Assembly: GCF_963921235.1 (NCBI RefSeq) | Contig: NC_086108.1 | Span: forward strand, 100,566,001-100,630,000 | Origin: Mobula hypostoma | Lineage: Eukaryota | Length of the DNA: 64,000 nucleotides | Direction of reading: 5' to 3' | Part shown: one piece after another, positions 1 to 14,312 of the stretch | Numbering within the stretch: position 1 is the first letter of the stretch | How the letters are laid out: each line of letters opens with the position of its first letter | Notes under the pieces: model-generated | The model's database searches: none | Seen by the model: only the letters and a program-made list of their open reading frames with translations | Told to the model about the DNA's origin: nothing | Program-made: the position numbers and the translations under genes

Positions 1-59
1 CGGATCCTCCAAGCCTCAAATTTACTATATATTATGTAACACTTATACTACTGCTATTA

Positions 60-560
60 CAAAGCTCTTAAATAATAACCTGGACTTCTATGCTCATGCC
101 ATATCCCTGTCACCTTAACAGTGATAGAGTTCCTCTTATCCTTACCTACCACCCCACCAGCATCCATTTCCAACACATCATTCTTCAAGCTCTGCCATCT
201 CTAAAGAGATTGTACCACTGAATCCCCCTCCCCTACACCCTGCTTTCTGCAGGGATCATTCTAGACCTCTTGAATCTGGTAGGAAAAGAAGATAGTGGAT
301 GGAATAAAGGGAGGGAGGTGGGGAAGGGAAGAAATGGTGATGGGGGTCAGATTGAACAGGAGGAAAGAGAAAAGAGAAGTGGGACGGTTGAGTGGGGGAG
401 CAGTTACCAGAAGCTGAAAAATTCAATATTTATGCCTCCAGGTTGCAGACTGCCCAGATGGGAAATGAGGCATTATTACTCTAATTTTTTGTTTAGCCTT
501 AGCTTGACAGTGATGAAGACCAAAGACAGATGTGGAAATTGGAGTGAGAATTTCAATGGT
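60..560. mobile_element. Degraded Penelope-like element fragments (two orientations)
   Basis: gatagagttcctcttatccttacctaccaccccaccagc matches the DRVPLVLTYHPTS region of the PLE at 13300; an inverted purine-rich PLE 3' piece follows. Confidence 0.6.
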
Positions 561-612
561 AATCTTGGACAGTATGGAAAGGAAGGTACCTGTTCAGGTT
601 AAAGTGAATGTA

Positions 613-2148
613 CAACTGTGCTAGAAAGTCTGAACCCTTTAGAATTTTCTCTATTTCTGCATAAACATGACCTAAAATCTTCACATAACTCCAAAAACTG
701 GATAGAGAACCCACTTAAATAATGAACACAAAAAGCATTATACTTATTTATTGAGAAACATTATCCAATGTTACATGTATTTGTTAGAAAAAGTATGTGA
801 ATCTTTGTTTTCAGTAACTGGTGTGACCCCCTTGTACAGCAATAACTTCAACCAAATGTTTCCATTAACTGTTGATCTGTCCTACCCATCGGCTTGAAGG
901 AATCTTAGACCATTCCTCCATACAGAACTGTTTCAGTTCATTAATATTTCTGGGATACCTTGCATGAACAACCCTCTTCAGGTCATGTCACAATATCTCA
1001 ATCGGGTTAACATCTGGACTCTGACTTGGCCATTTCAAAACATGAATTTGCTTCTCTTTAAACCATTCTGCTGTTGATTTACTTTTATGTATTGGATCAT
1101 TGCTTTGTGGCACCATCCAACTTCTTCAGCTGATTGACAGCTACCCTGAAACTCTCCTGTAAAATGTCTTGATACAATCTTGAATTCATTGTTCCCTCAA
1201 TGATTGCAAGCTGTCCAGACCCCTCAGCAGCCCCAAACCGTGATGCTTCTTCCACCTTGCTTCACAGTTGGGATGAAGTCTTGTTGGTGTGTAGTACCCT
1301 TTTTCCTCCAAACACAACAAAGTGCATTTCTGCCAAAAAGTTCAACTTTTTTTTTCCCTGCCCACAGAATATTGTCCCAGAAACATTGTGGAACATCCAG
1401 GTGGCCTTTGCAAACTTGAGATGTGCAACGATGTGTTTTTTTTGGGAGAGCAGTCATTTCCTCTGTGGTGTCCTTCCATGAACACCATTCTTGTTTAGTA
1501 CTTATAGTGGACCCATGAACAGATACTTAGCAAGTTCTACAGATTTCTGCAATTCTTTTGATGTTACCCTTGGGTTCTTTTGCACCTCTTTTAGTATTGC
1601 ACATTGTGTTCTCGGTGTGATCTTTGCTGGATGCCCACTCCAAGGGACAATTTCTCTTTCTGTGGACTGATGAACACTCAGGTCTTTAGAAATGCTTTTT
1701 TTTTAAAAAAAAAAAGCCTTTTCCAGCTTCAAGCATCTCTACATTTCTTCTAAGGTCCTCTGAAAGTTGTTTTGATTGAGTCATGGTCTACATAGAGATC
1801 TTCCTTGAGAAATGCAGGCTGTCAGTAAAAAAGATATACAACACAGGTTAAAGGGCTGGGCACCTCTACAACTCACACCTCCAATCTCAATTTACTGATT
1901 GGAACAAATGGCTCCAAATAGCTTTTGTAGTAGGCATTACCCCAGAGGTTTACATACTCTTTTGAACCTAGGCTGTGATTGTTTAAACAGTGTACTCAGT
2001 AATGATAAGAAGTAGTACAATTGAGTGTGTGTTATTAGTTGAGGCAGATTGTGTTTGTCTATAATTGTGACCCAGACCACATTTTATGAGTAATTTATGC
2101 AGAAAACCAGGTAATTGCAAAGGGTCCACAGACTTCTTATTGTATCTG
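613..2148 (-). mobile_element. Tc1-family DNA transposon, near full length, transposase inactivated (~811-1784)
   Basis: Imperfect TIRs (left caactgtgctagaaagtctgaacccttt after TA; right aaagggtccacagacttct). Minus-strand peptides MTQSKQLSEDLRR, FWDNILW...VELFGRN...PTVKQGGRSITVWGC and [12 protein letters not shown]; frameshifted. Confidence 0.9.
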
Positions 2149-2464
2149 CAATCAAGGCAGTTAAAGCTGAGTCCTTATGAAATATCAGATGGCACAAAGG
2201 AATTTGGGACTGCTGGAGAAAGAATTGGGCCGAGAACTTTGGGAGGTTTGAGATGCCAGACCAGTGAGGGGAAGCATGTGTTGTTGAAAAGGAGGTGGCA
2301 GAGGAGAAAAGTTGAAGGATACAAGCTGCTGGTGGATGGAAGATTTAGGGGTGACATTTTTGCTTCTCAGGGTGATCTTCATATTTATTCCTCTCACATG
2401 GACTTACTTGGACAACACTGCTCTAAACCTTTCCTATCCAATTTACCAATTCCTGCTAACCCCT

Positions 2465-2631
2465 GGAGTGGCATGGTAGCATAGTGGTTAATGCAATGCT
2501 TATGGCACCAGTGATCAGGGTTCAATTCCCATTGCAGTCTGTAAGCAGTTTATATGTTTATCACATGACAGTTTGGGCTTCCTCTGGGTGCACAAGATTC
2601 CTCCCACATTCCAAAGGTGTATGGGTTAGGG
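2465..2631 (+). mobile_element. tRNA-derived V-SINE (HE1-like), interrupted by a hAT element
   Basis: A/B-box-like head (tagcatagtgg, ggttcaattcc) and V-domain-like ttcctctgggtgc...ctcccacattccaaag. Confidence 0.7.
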
Positions 2632-4740
<2,109 letters not shown>

Positions 4741-5018
4741 AGACATCATCGTGACCTGTCCCCGTCATTCTACTCTTTAAACTGACCAGCTTTCCTCTAA
4801 ACTCTCAATCCTGATGCAGTGTTATAACACAAAATGTCACTGTTTGACCTGTTGAATTCCATCAGCATTTGTTTAGTAAAATATTTGTGATAATATTTTC
4901 AAAACAAAAAGTGCAGTAAATATTACTCAGAAACCCCTTTAGGAGCTCTTCAGAAGCTGTAGAGTTACTTGCAACAAGTGCACATAAAATAAAATACAAC
5001 ACAAATATTTCAGATGGG

Positions 5019-5028
5019 TTTATTTATT
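5019..5028 (-). terminator. Probable HS2ST1 polyadenylation signal (two overlapping AATAAA)
   Basis: Plus-strand TTTATTTATT reads AATAAATAAA on minus, followed downstream by a GU/U-rich tract (tgtgttgtattttattttatgtg). Implies a ~2.8 kb 3' UTR. Confidence 0.55.
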
Positions 5029-6294
5029 AGAGCATTTGCTTCAGAAAAACTGAAAAGCTACAACCAAAAAGCCTTACCAAGGAGAAAACATAACGATTAC
5101 CTCTAAATAATTCTACACAAAATGTCCAGACATTGGTATTGTTTATGATACTCAAATGAAGTAAAAATGTACACTTTTTACACCATGGATTGTGATGAGG
5201 AAGGCACTATTCTGCTGCTTGTGTTTTAAACAGTTATATAGAACACAATCCATATTTTCCCAGTATTTACATTCCATACCTTGTTTATTCATGCCTTCAG
5301 TTCCAACACTATGCTCTTTGCAAGTTGGGCACAATGCTGGGAATAACACCAATCAGACACTGGTACATAAGTTTAACTCCACCTCTAAATATACAGCAAA
5401 CATCTAAAAGCTTAAAGTTCTAACACCAAATATTGAGAACCTCAGACCAGGCGTGTGTAAAATTTGAGACTTATTTAGTAGTGGTTAATTCTGAATACCC
5501 CCCACTGTTCCATATTCCTGGAAGTGTGCAGGGATTACAGCTGCTGAAAGATCAGTAGTATCATAACAGAGATAATATAATGATGTTTTTGAGGTTCAGC
5601 ATCTGATTGAACAGGAGAGTCTTCTCAGCATTTAGAAAAGAAATCAAGTTCAGTCTTGGTAACACAGAAAATACAATTTTCCTGCTCCCACACTAACTTT
5701 GAAAGGACATTGAATGTTCACCCTTCAGATAAGCCATTTCCTTAATTCACATTTTATAGTGCTGATTAGGTAAAGATCTGAGAGGCTTTCCCTGCATTAA
5801 AGGGCAGGACATTCTTACAGCAGGTGTCTTGCAGGAGGTGTAGAAGCCATCACTAATCTGACATCTTTAAAGTCAACCTTGTTTATAAGCCCCATCCAAA
5901 TTATGGGATGGATAGCTTGAAATAAGGCTACAGAAATAAACCTATTTTTATGTCTTCGTTCTGCTGGCTTACAGGTACATAGCCAAAAATATACCAGCTG
6001 AAGCAGAACTATCAAGTTCACTGAAATATTGCAGGGGTGGGGAGGAGCATAGTCATGGTTACTGTTTCCAATGCTCTGCCTCCCTCCCTCCCCCCACCAC
6101 TATCAGGCTTGATGTAAGATCAGTCATGGTTATGTTAGCAATATGATACTTTTAGAAGATTCTGGCACATTTGTCATTTACTGCTAGTTTTCCCCAAAGT
6201 TGCATTGGAGTAGCCACTATTCTACATGGTTTTCTGGTTCATCATAGCAAACTGCTGTCAAACAGCATTACCAAGAGCCCATTCTGCAAATATT

Positions 6295-6540
6295 TATAGA
6301 GATACAGTGGAGTCAGCCCTTCCTGATCACTTTAGTGCTGGCCTAACCACGGGACAATTTACAATAACCAATTAACCTACCAACCCGCACAGCTTTGGAC
6401 TGTGGGAGAAAACTGGAGCACCTAGACGAAACCCACACAGTCACAGTGAGAACATACAAACTCCTTACAGACCACAGCAGTAATTGAACCTGGGCTGCCT
6501 GTAAAGCATTGTGCTAACCACTACACTACCATGCTGCCCC
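6295..6540 (-). mobile_element. V-SINE within the probable HS2ST1 3' UTR
   Basis: Minus strand ggcagcatggtagtgtagtggttagc...ggttcaattac...ttttctcccacagtccaaag. Confidence 0.75.
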
Positions 6541-7805
6541 AATATAGAGACCCCAACCACGAATAACAAGATGGATCACAGCAGAGCTTTGTGAGTAAAT
6601 ATCTCACCCTCTGTCCACTGACGTCTTACCACCCATTGCAAAATACAGCCAAGTGAGTCTAATAAATAGTTTTTGCTGTAACAGTTTTTTTTTAAAAATG
6701 TCTCCTAATCTTAGAGGCTAGAATGTTTTCAATAGAAACAAAATATAGTGAAGGTATCTGCACAAAAGAGAGTTTCTCTATCACAGATCACTGTGTACAG
6801 GGATTGGGGTGGCCACACTCAAATGGCAGCATGCAGTTACAAGGCTAAATATAAGGAATCTTGTTTTTGTGAAATTCAGCAGCACAATGCCCCCCCCTCT
6901 GAAAACATAGCAAGTTTATAGGACAAATCATTATTTCTGATAAAAAGTGCAATTAAAATGTATTTAGAAATGTAATACACTAGTCTACATAACTTTTTCA
7001 ATTGGAGTTGGAAACAGCAATAAAAACCTAACAATACTGTAGGTAATTTCAATCAAACCAGGCTCTTAAACATTCTCCACTGGGGAAGCACATTTAGTTT
7101 TTAACTGCAGGTGCATGCAACCAAAGGTGCTAAACAAAAACACCTACAATGCCTTCCCAGTAACTGCCAATTTTCCATAGCACATTTGTACTTGGTTTTT
7201 GCAATATTATTTTTTCTTGATACAAATAACTGAGGAATAGTTTAATCTACAAATTCAAATTTACACAAGTATCTAACAAAAAGGATGTACAGCATGTTGA
7301 ATGTGATGTTTTCAATTCCACCACCTGTAATAAAACTGGTGCAAAATAAATACTTCAAAACCTTTTGTAACTTTTGGTCCAACCACAGAAAAATGTGCAA
7401 TATGTACAGCACTATTGTTTATCTTACTCTGAAATTACATTACTTTTGAAACACTTTATAAAGCATCCTAGTAAAAATAGTTCTACAGGTAAAAGTTTAC
7501 AAGACACAGGAATCCCTAAAACATACCACAATTTGATTAGTAATCATGACAGAATGCCATCTACACATTTGGGATACTGTTTGTGTAAATGATTTTACTT
7601 GCTCATTTTCCCATTGATTCATGTAATTCTTGGCATTAAACCTTTACAGATTTAAGAGTCTCTTAGCAGATTTGATACAAACTGCAGTTTCCTTTTCTGG
7701 ACTTATGGAGGGGGGAAATCAAAGGGCAGTTTTTCAAAATTACAACTGAGTCAGCAAAAATTGTTTCTCAATGCAGTTTTTCCAGGTTATTAGAGTAAAA
7801 ACTGT

Positions 7806-8032
7806 TCAATTTATTTTCGGATAGATTTTTTCAAACAAAAAGTTCTGGGTAAGGAGGTAAAGTTCGCCATCTTTTTCTCTCACTGCGTGAGCTCTAATAA
7901 ACTGAAATTGTTCCAGAGCAAACTCATAGAACTCATTTTCCATTTTCCAGATCTCAGACAGCTGTAGTTTAGCTATGGTTTCTTTAGTAGGCATTTTCTT
8001 CTCTGCTGTTTTTCTAAGATGAGATTTCTTTC
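7806..8032 (-). CDS. HS2ST1: HS2ST1 last coding exon (227 coding bp to TGA)
   Basis: KKSHLRKTAEKKMPTKETIAKLQLSEIWKMENEFYEFALEQFQFIRAHAVREKDGELYLLTQNFLFEKIYPKIN*. Strong pyrimidine tract ending cattcag. Confidence 0.97.
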
Positions 8033-8274
8033 CTGAATGAAGGGAAAGCAAAAAAAAAAGGAAAGGGCAACGTAAGAGCCATTACTTTCCAATATGCAAT
8101 ACATTGATCAACTTTGTAGGTTACACTGTAAAAGGTTTGTTAAACAGCACACAATAAATATTGAGCCATGTCAATAGAGAGGCATTGACTAGTAGGTGAC
8201 CAGGTCAAAGCAGCAGCATTGCTGAGTGCATGGCCAGGTCAACTCCTACATAACTAGAATTTTTAATTACCAAT

Positions 8275-8990
8275 TCACACAAAATGCTGGAGAAACTCAG
8301 CAGGTCAAACAGCATCCATAGAAAATAGTAAACGGTCAATGTTTCAGGCTGAGACCCTTCTTCAGGACGGCGGGGTGCGTGGAGATGTCTGAATTAAAAG
8401 GTGGGGGAAGTGAAAGAGGTTAGTTGAAAGGTGAAGCCAGCTGGGTGATTGGATAGCAGAGTGGACCATAGAGGAAGGAGGACGGGACCAAGGGGGAAGT
8501 TGTATGCTGGTGAGAAATAAAAGGTCAGAATGGGAAATAGAAGGGAGGGGGAGTGGAGAGGAGAATTTGTTCACCGAAAGGAGAAATTGATACTCATACC
8601 ATCAGGTTAGAAGGTACTCAGACGGAATATAAGGTTTTGTTCCACCACCTTGAAGGTGGCCTCATTTTAGCACAAGAGGCGGCCATGGATAGACTGATCA
8701 GAACAGGAATAGGAATTGGGATTAAAATGTTTCGCCACCAAGATGTTCCTCTTGTGGTGGATGCTGCAGAGGTGCTTGATGAAACTTTCCTCCAATTTAC
8801 GATGGGCCTCACCAATATAGAGCAGGCTGCATTGGAAGTACTGGACACAATAAATGACCCCAGCAGATTTGAAGGTGAAGTGTTGCCTCACCTGGAAGGA
8901 CTGCATGGGGCTCTGAATGGAAGTAAGGGAGGAGGTGTATGGGCAGGTGTAGCTCCTAGGCTGCTTGCAGGGATGTGCCTAGAGGGAGGA
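8275..8990 (-). mobile_element. Penelope-like element 3' part (GIY-YIG region and tail)
   Basis: ORF 8667-8906 QSFQVRQHFTFKSAGVIYCVQYFQCSLLYIGE, followed by the PLE tail with a hammerhead-like core at 8333-8370. Confidence 0.85.
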
Positions 8991-9029
8991 CATTCGCCCC
9001 CTCCCCACCAATCTCCAGGGCAGGATATA

Positions 9030-10315
9030 TACAGTGAATGTCAGGGCCCAGGAAATGTTGCAGAACATAGGGTATACAAATTACATAGCTCTCTGAAAGT
9101 GGTGACATAGGTAGGCAAGGCAGTGAAACGGGCATATTTTATACTTGCCCAATGGACGGGCCATCGAGGACAAGAGTGGGAAGTGATGTTACTGCTGTAA
9201 AAGACGCTGGTGTGATTGTTCTTGGAACATTGTGTTGTTCTGGCTGACATACCATAGGAAGGACGTAATTAAACTAGAGGTGTAGAAAAGTTTGACAGGA
9301 ATGTTGCCAGGACTAGAAAGCTTCACATAGAGAAAAAAAATAGGCCCTTTGACCTAAATTGTCCATGCTGACCAAGATGTCTATGAGTTAGTTCCATTTG
9401 CTATTTGGTCCACATCTCTCTAAATCTTTTCCATTCAGTTTTTGCACCTGCCTCTACAACAAACTTTTGGCAGCTCATTCCTTATACGCACCATCCTCTG
9501 GGTGAAAAATGTTGTCCATAGAGTTGCTTTTAAATCTTTCCTCTCTCATCTTAGACCTATGTCATTTAGTTTTACAATGCCTTACCCCAAGAAAAAAAGC
9601 ATTTACCATCTACCACATACATGTTCCTCGTGAAATTATAAACCCTTACGGTCCCTCTTCAGTCTCCTGCTCTTCAGGGAAACAAAGCTCCAGCCTATCA
9701 AGTGTCTCCTTATTTCTCTAGCCCTCTAGTCCTGGTAACATCCTTGTGAATCTTTTCTGCACCCTTTCCAGCTTAATGGCATCCTTCCTATTGCTGGCCA
9801 GCCAAAACTGTGGACACTAACCTAATGTGGTTTCACCAAGACTTGTAAATTTGGAACGTGATATAGCACTCTCCTATACTCAATGAAGATAAACCGGCCA
9901 AATGGCTTCTTCATCACTCTGGTTTGCGTTAGAAGGAAACACTGGATAGGCTGGAGCTAATTTTTTCCTGCAAGAAGGACAACTGAGGTATGACCTTAGT
10001 ATGATTTTGTGTATATAAAATCATGAGGGGCATGGATAAGGTGGATGACCACAGCTGTTTTCCCCCATGGTAGGTGAATATAGAGCTAGAGGGCACAGGG
10101 TTAAAGTGAGAGGAGGAATAATTTAAAAGTGACTTGAGGAGCAAACTTTTCACACAAGCTGTGGTATATATGGGACAAGTTGCCAGAGGAAGTGATAAGA
10201 GGCAGGTACAGTTACAATTCTTAAAAGACATTTGGACTGGTATATGGATAGGAAAGGTTTAGCATGATACAGGTAAGTTAGGCCAAAGGTCTTGTTTCTG
10301 CACTTAATAACTATG
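9030..10315. mobile_element. Cluster of CR1 LINE 3' fragments in both orientations
   Basis: Typical CR1 ORF2-end and 3' UTR words, e.g. ctagagggcacagggttaaag and aaagacgctggtg...ttggaacattgtgt. Confidence 0.7.
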
Positions 10316-10793
10316 ATTCAGTTATAACTTATTCTGGTACAACATAAGAACTGTTTAAACTACATATCAAGAATCCTGCCCTAGAAATAAAATGGGAGTA
10401 TATTACTTATCAATAGCTCCAACTTCCACTGCACATCACTTTTTAAAATGCATCTATTCTTCATGACAGAATTTAAAGGGAAAAATTTAAAAATAAACAT
10501 TGGAAATCCAAAACAAAATCAGAAATTGGTAGAAAAACTCAGTTCAGACATCATCTATAGAAAGAAAAACAGTTAATGTTCCAGGTCAAAGATTATCAGA
10601 AATGAGAAAGAGAAAACAAATTAACTGAGTTTTTCTAGCATTTTCTATTTTTTGTTTTCCACCCAGGAAAATTGAGTGTAACAGATGATTTTAAAGCTAT
10701 CCAAAACAGGGTATTTAAATATACACTAAAATATGAATTTCTCTATATTAACAGATCAGTACACATCCATGCAAAAATCATTTTCTGACTAAC

Positions 10794-10951
10794 CTGTGCG
10801 GTACAATTCTGTTGCTCCTCTAAAGAAGCGTGGCAAGACTGCCTCCAGGAGCATTATAAAGTCTTCTAATTCCTCAGTTACTCCGACGAGGAGATACTCA
10901 TTAACAAGGTTGTATTTGGCTTGCTCCAAAGCCCATTTGCTTCCAACATTC
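10794..10951 (-). CDS. HS2ST1: HS2ST1 coding exon 6 (158 bp)
   Basis: NVGSKWALEQAKYNLVNEYLLVGVTEELEDFIMLLEAVLPRFFRGATELYRTG. Acceptor cattgtag, donor gttagt. Confidence 0.97.
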
Positions 10952-12632
10952 CTACAATGACAAAGAGTAATGATTGCTTGTAGACTACGGACAGAAGGAT
11001 TTCTGCAGATCCTCACCCACTTTAATTGCAGCTAGAACAGGACAGGTAATTAATCTCATGCTTTTGCTGTCACTAGGTTACAATCTTATTAAAAACAGAG
11101 GTGTTTAGGAACTAGGTCACAGGTGCCACTCTTTTCAACAAGGCAAATAACAAGCTTTATTTGCAGCCTTGGACCTTCAAACCAGGCAGGTTTACTGACA
11201 CTCTACCAAATGATGCTACTGATCATCAGGGAGTCTATAACCTGTACTGGTCTCAGTCAGCTAGTCTTTAGCACTGTCAGTGGAAAAGCGTCAGTACATT
11301 CTGCAGGTTTATTATGAGAATATATCCCATGAGAACAGCAATTTCTCAGTTTTCAAAAAAAAAATGCAAGTTATATCCCAATGTACTTTGGAGTTGCACA
11401 AAACCCGGCCAAATTAAAAGTATGGAGATTCCTGGCCAGAAGCAAAATGTTACATGCCAGCAACAATAGACCACAGACACAGATTTTAATGTTAAACAAA
11501 TATATTTTCCAATATCTACCCATAATATAGACAATTAAACAATTACTCCCCTAACCAAAAATTAACCGTGCAATGCATCTTAGCTCACAAATTGTGGCGG
11601 TCTGGAAACAGTTCCTCCCAAGTCTTACTCAAACAGAGTCCTAGGATGGCAATCCAGAAGGTTCCGGAATCCACGGGAACCGGCACAGATGTCTGTGAGG
11701 AAGGGTTCATAAATCCACATTAAGATGACACAAGGTGACCATCACGGAAAATTCCAGAGGACAAGTGATTGTCACATAACACGCTGGATCCACACAGGGT
11801 TAACGAGTGACAGTCACAGAAGATTCCAGAAGTCGAGTGGTCATCACTTGAATACTAGAGCCCACGCAGAGATAACGAAGTGACGCCTAAGTTTCAAAAT
11901 CCACGGAGGGATATCACAAGGTGACGGTCACAGAATATTCTTTAACACAAATGGTCACCACATAACACACCCGAATCCATGTATGGATTAACAAAAAGTG
12001 GTCGCCACAGAATACTCTAGAATTCCGAGTATGGATCATACAAAGTGACAGTCACGTATCCAATATGCACTGTGTGCTGCAAATTATCACAATCTTCTGG
12101 ACACAGAGAAATACTGGGAACGCCCACTGCTGTAGTGAGCTCTTCAACTAACTTAAGACAAGTCACTCTCTCGCTGGTAGCTCACAGTCCGTTGAATCGC
12201 TTAGCTGCAGAAATTTCCAGAAACCTCCCGAATTCCATAGAAAAAAGCCTACACTCGTTTGTTATATGACGCCATCTCCACACCTCGTCCAGGCATATAC
12301 AAATATCAGATTCCATTCAATCCCAATATTTTCCAGGTAATTCAACACATTCAAGAGGCAATACAAGATATTACGTACAATAATCATCTCACTTCATTAT
12401 CAAAAGTACATTGTACGCTAAACACCTAGAAAGACAATCTGCAATTATATTATCTCTGCCTTTAATGTGAGTTATCGTAATATCATACTCTTGTAAAATC
12501 AAACTCCAATTCAACCTCCTATTTTTGTTGTTCATCTTACTCAAGAACACCAGTGGATTATGATCTGTATATAAAACAAGTGGTTTCTGAGCTGTACAGA
12601 CATAAACATCAAAATGCTGCAAAGTCAAAAGT

Positions 12633-14312
12633 CCAGACCTAATCAGTTCCTCTCTACCACCACTCTGCTCCGTCTAGCGGAATTAGTCCTTACTCTTAAT
12701 AATTTCTCCTTTGGCTCCTCCCACTTCCTCCAAACTAAAGGTGTAGCTATGGGCACCCGTATGAGTCCTAGCTATGCCTGTCTTTTTGTTGGCTTTGTGG
12801 AACAATCTATGTTCCGTGCCTATTCTGGTATCTGTCCCTCACTTCTCCTTCGCTACATCGACGACTGCATTGGTGCTGCTTCCTGCACGCATGCAGAACT
12901 CGTTGACTTTATTAACTTTGCCTCCAACTTTCACCCTGCCCTCAAGCTTACCTGGTCCATTTCCGACACCTCCCTCCCCTTTCTAGATCTTTCTGTCTCT
13001 GTCTCTGGAGACAGCTTATCCACTGATGTCTACTATAAGCCTACTGACTCTCACAGCTATCTGGACTATTCCTCTTCTCACCCTGTCTCTTGCAAAAACG
13101 CCATCCCCTTCTCGCAATTCCTCCGTCTCCGCCGCATCTGCTCTCAGGATGAGGCATTTCATTCTAGGATGAGGGAGATGTCTTCCTTTTTTAAAGAAAG
13201 GGGCTTCCCTTCCTCCACTATCAACTCTGCTCTTAAACACATCTCCCCCATTTCACATACATCTGTTCTCACTCCATCCTCCCGCCACCCCACTAAGAAT
13301 AGGTTTCCCCTGGTCCTCACCTACCACCCCACCAGCCTCTGGCTCCAACATATTATTCTCCGTAACTTCCGCCACCTCCAACGGGATCCCACCACTAAGC
13401 ACATCTTTCCCTCCCCCCCCTCTGCATTCCGCAGGGATCGCTCCCTACGCAACTCCCTTGTCCATTCGTCCCCCCCATCCCTCCCCACTGATCTCCCTCC
13501 TGGCACTTATCCATGTAAGCGGAACAAGTGCTACACATGCCCTTACATTTCCTCCCTTACCACCATTCAGGGCCCCAAACAGTCCTTCCAGGTGAGGCAA
13601 CACTTCACCTGTGAGTCGGCTGGGGTGATATACTGTGACCGGTGCTCCCGATGTGGCCTTTTATATATTGGCGAGACCTGACGCAGACTGGGAGACCGCT
13701 TTGCTGAACATCTACGTCTGTCCGCCAGAGAAAGCAGGATCTCCCAGTGGCCACACATTTTAATTCCACATCCCATTCCCATTCTGACATGTCTATCCAC
13801 GGCCTCTTCTACTGTAAAGATGAAGCCACACTCAGGTTGGAGGAACACCACCTTATATTCCATCTAGGTAGCCTCCAACCTGATGGCATGAACATCGACT
13901 TCTCTAACTTCCGCTAATGCCCCACCTCCCCCTCGTACCCCATCTGTTACTTATTTTTATACACACATTCTTTCTCTCACTCTCCTTTTTCTCCCTCTGT
14001 CCCTCTGAATATACCCCTTGCCCATCCTCTGGGTCCCCCCCCACCTCCTTGTCTTTCTTCCCGGACCTCCTGTCCCATGATCCTCTCGTATCCCTTTTGC
14101 CTATCACCTGTCCAGTTCTTGGCTCCATCCCTTGCCCTCCTGTCTTCTCCTATCATTTTGGATTTCCCCCTCCCCCTCCAACTTTCAAATCCCTTACTCA
14201 CTTTTCCTTCAGTTAGTCCTGACGAAGGGTCCCGGCCTGAAACATCGACTGCACCTCTTCCTAGAGATGCTGCCTGGCCTGCTGTGTTCACCAGCAACTT
14301 TTATGTGTGTTG
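12633..14312 (+). mobile_element. Penelope-like (Neptune-type) retroelement, 5'-truncated, inserted in the gypsy RNase H
   Basis: 355-aa ORF with GVAMGTRM, LLRYIDD, a Cys-rich linker (CKRNKCYTC) and GIY-YIG (GVIYC...YIGET). Premature TGA at 13679; natural end DGMNIDFSNFR* near 13917; then a pyrimidine-rich 3' UTR and tail. Confidence 0.93.
14215..14250 (+). ncRNA. Putative minimal type I hammerhead ribozyme in a PLE tail
   Basis: agtc-CTGACGA-a-gggt(cccg)gcct-GAAA-c-ATC-gact: stem I agtc/gact, both conserved core boxes, NUH triplet. Confidence 0.65.

Noticed and set aside
8553..9110. 185-aa plus-strand ORF (and similar 18703-19191)
   Set aside because: Antisense reading frames of Penelope-like coding sequence.
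11711..12060. CRISPR-like appearance of palindromic repeats with spacers
   Set aside because: Eukaryotic LTR context, repeats only 11 bp and degenerate, spacers share residual similarity, and there are no cas genes. Kept only as an LTR motif array.
12614..13681. 355-aa ORF as a domesticated gene or gypsy-Penelope fusion
   Set aside because: The start codon comes from the antisense gypsy flank, the RT is 5'-truncated, and the GIY-YIG domain has a premature stop: an ordinary insertion.
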